DNA from: Cladosporium halotolerans
Taxonomy: Eukaryota
Direction: 5' to 3'
Length of the DNA stretch: 64,000 nt
Assembly: GCF_011745625.1 (NCBI RefSeq)
Contig: NW_027191479.1
Coordinates: forward strand, 186,001 to 250,000
In this document: one piece after another, positions 61,455-64,000 of the stretch
How positions within the stretch are numbered: the first letter of the stretch is position 1
Layout of the letters: every line of letters starts with the position of its first letter
The notes under the pieces: generated by a model
Seen by the model: the letters and a program-made list of their open reading frames with translations, nothing else
The model's database searches: none
What the model was told of the DNA's origin: nothing
Translations under genes and position numbers: made by a program

Positions 61455-62108
61455 GACGCATGTGTTAGAGCGTGTTGTAGATTTTCTATCACAGGCATGC
61501 CGATTTGGGCGCGTTCTGATCGATACCCCATGAGTGAATGTAAGACCTTCAATGTGATGAATCGCTTATCGGCGATACCCCAGACCCTGAAACTCCATTC
61601 ATTGCTGATCTTATTATCATGCATAGTTGCAGCATTACAGAGTCTGACAAATCCCCAAGCTTTTCTGCCGCGTATTGCCCAGGCAGATCTTGAAGATAGC
61701 AACGAGCATAGGAGAGTCCGCATAATGGGCCCTGAAGACTGCTGGCATGGACCATCAAATTGCCGGCTTGGCTTTACCCCAGAATCGGCTAACGGCTGGG
61801 TCGAAGAAGCCAGACCTGCCCCGAAGCTACCGTACCTTGTCGTAATCTTGGCTGTTCCACCTGTCCATCTGCGTGCTGTGAACCTCACCACCCGCACTTC
61901 CACCACCTCACCCGCCCCATCCCTATTGTGTCGCCTGGTGCAGTCGGCACTCCACACCTATTTCCTCCGCCTGCCATTGATTAGTCGTGCGCATGCACAC
62001 TTCCGCAAACTAATCTTCCTGGTCTCATTGTCCCTGTCCATCGGCACGGATCCCAAAGTCTACCGGTCACCTCTATCCGATTTGAAAGCTTCGACACCCG
62101 TCTGAAAT

Positions 62109-64000
62109 ATGTCTGCCGAAGCATCCAACGCTGCCAGCGCCAGCGCTGACGTCCCGACGTCCGCGGCTGAGCGCCTTATGCAGCAGCACGCCGCCGACGA
62201 GGCACACAAGGCTACGGTACGCATCCGTCCCGAGCAAATGGATGGAGGGATCTGCGGGGACGGGAAATCGTTCGGACTTTACTGACTTGCAACACTCAGG
62301 TCGAGGAGATTCCCGACGAGGACGCTCCTCACCCAATGCCTTCTGCCGCGCCCTCGCTGCCCATTTCTACCGACCCGTCTCGTGTCCAGACCCCTGCTCC
62401 CGATGCCAGCGTCTCTTCCAAGGCTGCTGGCAAGCAGCCCGCTCGCGAGAACAAGCTCGACACCCAGTCTGAGGAGCTCTTCCCAGCCCTTGGTGGTCCC
62501 AAGGCCGCTGCTCCCGCCGCCCAGTCTCTGTGGTCTCGCAAGCCTGCTGCCGTCGGCAAGGCTCCTAACGGTACCTCCAATGGCATGAACGTTCCTCTCG
62601 CCAGCAACGCCTCTTCTCGCGCTTCGACCCCGCTTCCTGGTATCCAGACTCCCGGCTCGACTGCGCCGGCTCGTGGACAGCCCCAGATGAACCTTCCGGG
62701 TCGCCAGTCTGAGCAGATCGTCTTGGACCCCAGCATGCTGAAGAAGAGGGACCAGCTGAAGAAGCCTGTTTCTGAGGTTCTGAGGGATATCAACAAGAGG
62801 AGCAAGGCCAAGGTTGAAATGAAGAGCGGTCCTGGCGGTGTCCTCATCTTTGAGGGTACTGGCCCTACGGACGCTGTCAGGATTGCCCTCAAGGATGCTG
62901 CCAGCCAGATCTGCGCTGGCCAGAACATTTCTCTGCCGATTCCTGCCTCCATCCGCGGTCGCGTTGTGGGCAAGCAGGGTGCTACCATTCAGGCCATCTC
63001 TAAGCGCACCGGCGCCCGTATCAACATTTCTCGCCAGGAGGCTGCCGAGATTCTCGAGGACGACGATCTGGACCAGACTGTTGATGTCACGATCGAGGGT
63101 GACCCCTTCGCGGTTCAGATGGCCAAGCAGGACATTGAGAAGATCGTCAACGAGCACACTTCTTCTGCCAGCACTCGCCTGAAGCACATTCCCGCAGAGT
63201 ACTACCCCTTCTTGGGCAACAACGAGCGTCTGGCTGCTCTCCAGCAAGGCCGCGACCTGCGCATGCAGATTCCCGAGTACAAGACCTTCGGCCAGCAGGC
63301 ACCTCAGATTCCCGCCAACCGTGGTCCCGCCTCTTTCGCGCCCCAGGCCGGCTACCCTATCCAGCTCTCTGGTGACCGCCAGGCTGTTGCGGAGATGAAG
63401 GCCGAGCTAGACCGCCAGGTCGCTGAGCTTCAGCGCCAGCTCACCATGGAGCAGGTCGAGATTGAGCGCAACAGGCACCAGTTCGTTGTTGGCGATATGG
63501 GTTCTTCGATCAACGATTTCCTCGCTGAGACTGGCTGCTCCGTCATCATGCCGCCTGACGGACACGACGCTGACGAGCTGATTGTTGTTGGTCCTGCGGA
63601 CCGCATCGATCAGGCCGTTGACAAGATCCAGGATCTGGCTATGCGCATGTCTTCCTCCACTGCCGACATCGTCAAGCCTCACGCCAACGCTCCTCGCGGT
63701 GGACAGAGCCACGCCCGTGATGTCACTAGATACCTGCAACGCCGCCAGGCCATTCAGCAGATTGAGCGCCAGCACAACGTTCGCATTGTCCCTGAGGAGT
63801 CTGGTTCGTGGCAGATCTTCGCTGCCGATGGCAAGAACGCACTGAAGGCCCGTTCCGATATCATGAACCTCATCAGCGGCCACCCGCCGACTCGCTTCTC
63901 GCCTCTCCAGGTCGACCCCTTCTTCCACGAGCACATCCGCTCGCAGGCTGCCCGCCAAGTTCGCGATCAATACGGTGTACACTTGCTTGTTCCGGATGAG
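62109..64000 (+). CDS. SCP160: Multi-KH RNA-binding protein Scp160/vigilin (3' truncated)
   Basis: Intron 62217..62299. VEEIPDED, SEELFPALG, KH loop VVGKQGATI and repeated KH-like units; the frame stays open to the window end. Confidence 0.9.

Noticed and set aside
1..64000. tRNA/rRNA genes, intact transposons, RIP-type AT-rich blocks
   Set aside because: None recognisable by eye; a covariance-model and repeat search would be needed to exclude small RNAs.

Overview
Gene-dense, intron-containing DNA from a filamentous ascomycete (Dothideomycetes-like by protein style; this is inference). It holds about 25 protein genes. Housekeeping genes: Yar1-like ankyrin protein, Aro8-like aminotransferase, mitochondrial oxoglutarate/malate carrier, Nse2/Mms21 and Scp160/vigilin. 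A loose plant-cell-wall degradation neighbourhood contains a GH7 endoglucanase, a sugar porter, GH5+CBM1, GH7 cellobiohydrolase+CBM1, a DUF1593 protein and several SDRs. There is also a divergent pair of a degenerate NACHT-like protein and an AAA+ ATPase, and a kinase pseudogene. The most interesting locus is 56.3-59.7 kb: a DUF3328/UstYa-type oxidase gene head-to-head with a small secreted, Kex2/Ste13-type processed precursor whose cores have Tyr at every third residue (one acidic core, one basic core). This is a candidate minimal dikaritin-type fungal RiPP system. The oxidase gene also appears to need a [D1,2] stwintron (an intron nested in a splice donor) to assemble its first HxxHC motif. 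All family calls come from motif recognition by eye, and exon boundaries were derived manually. No database searches were run.
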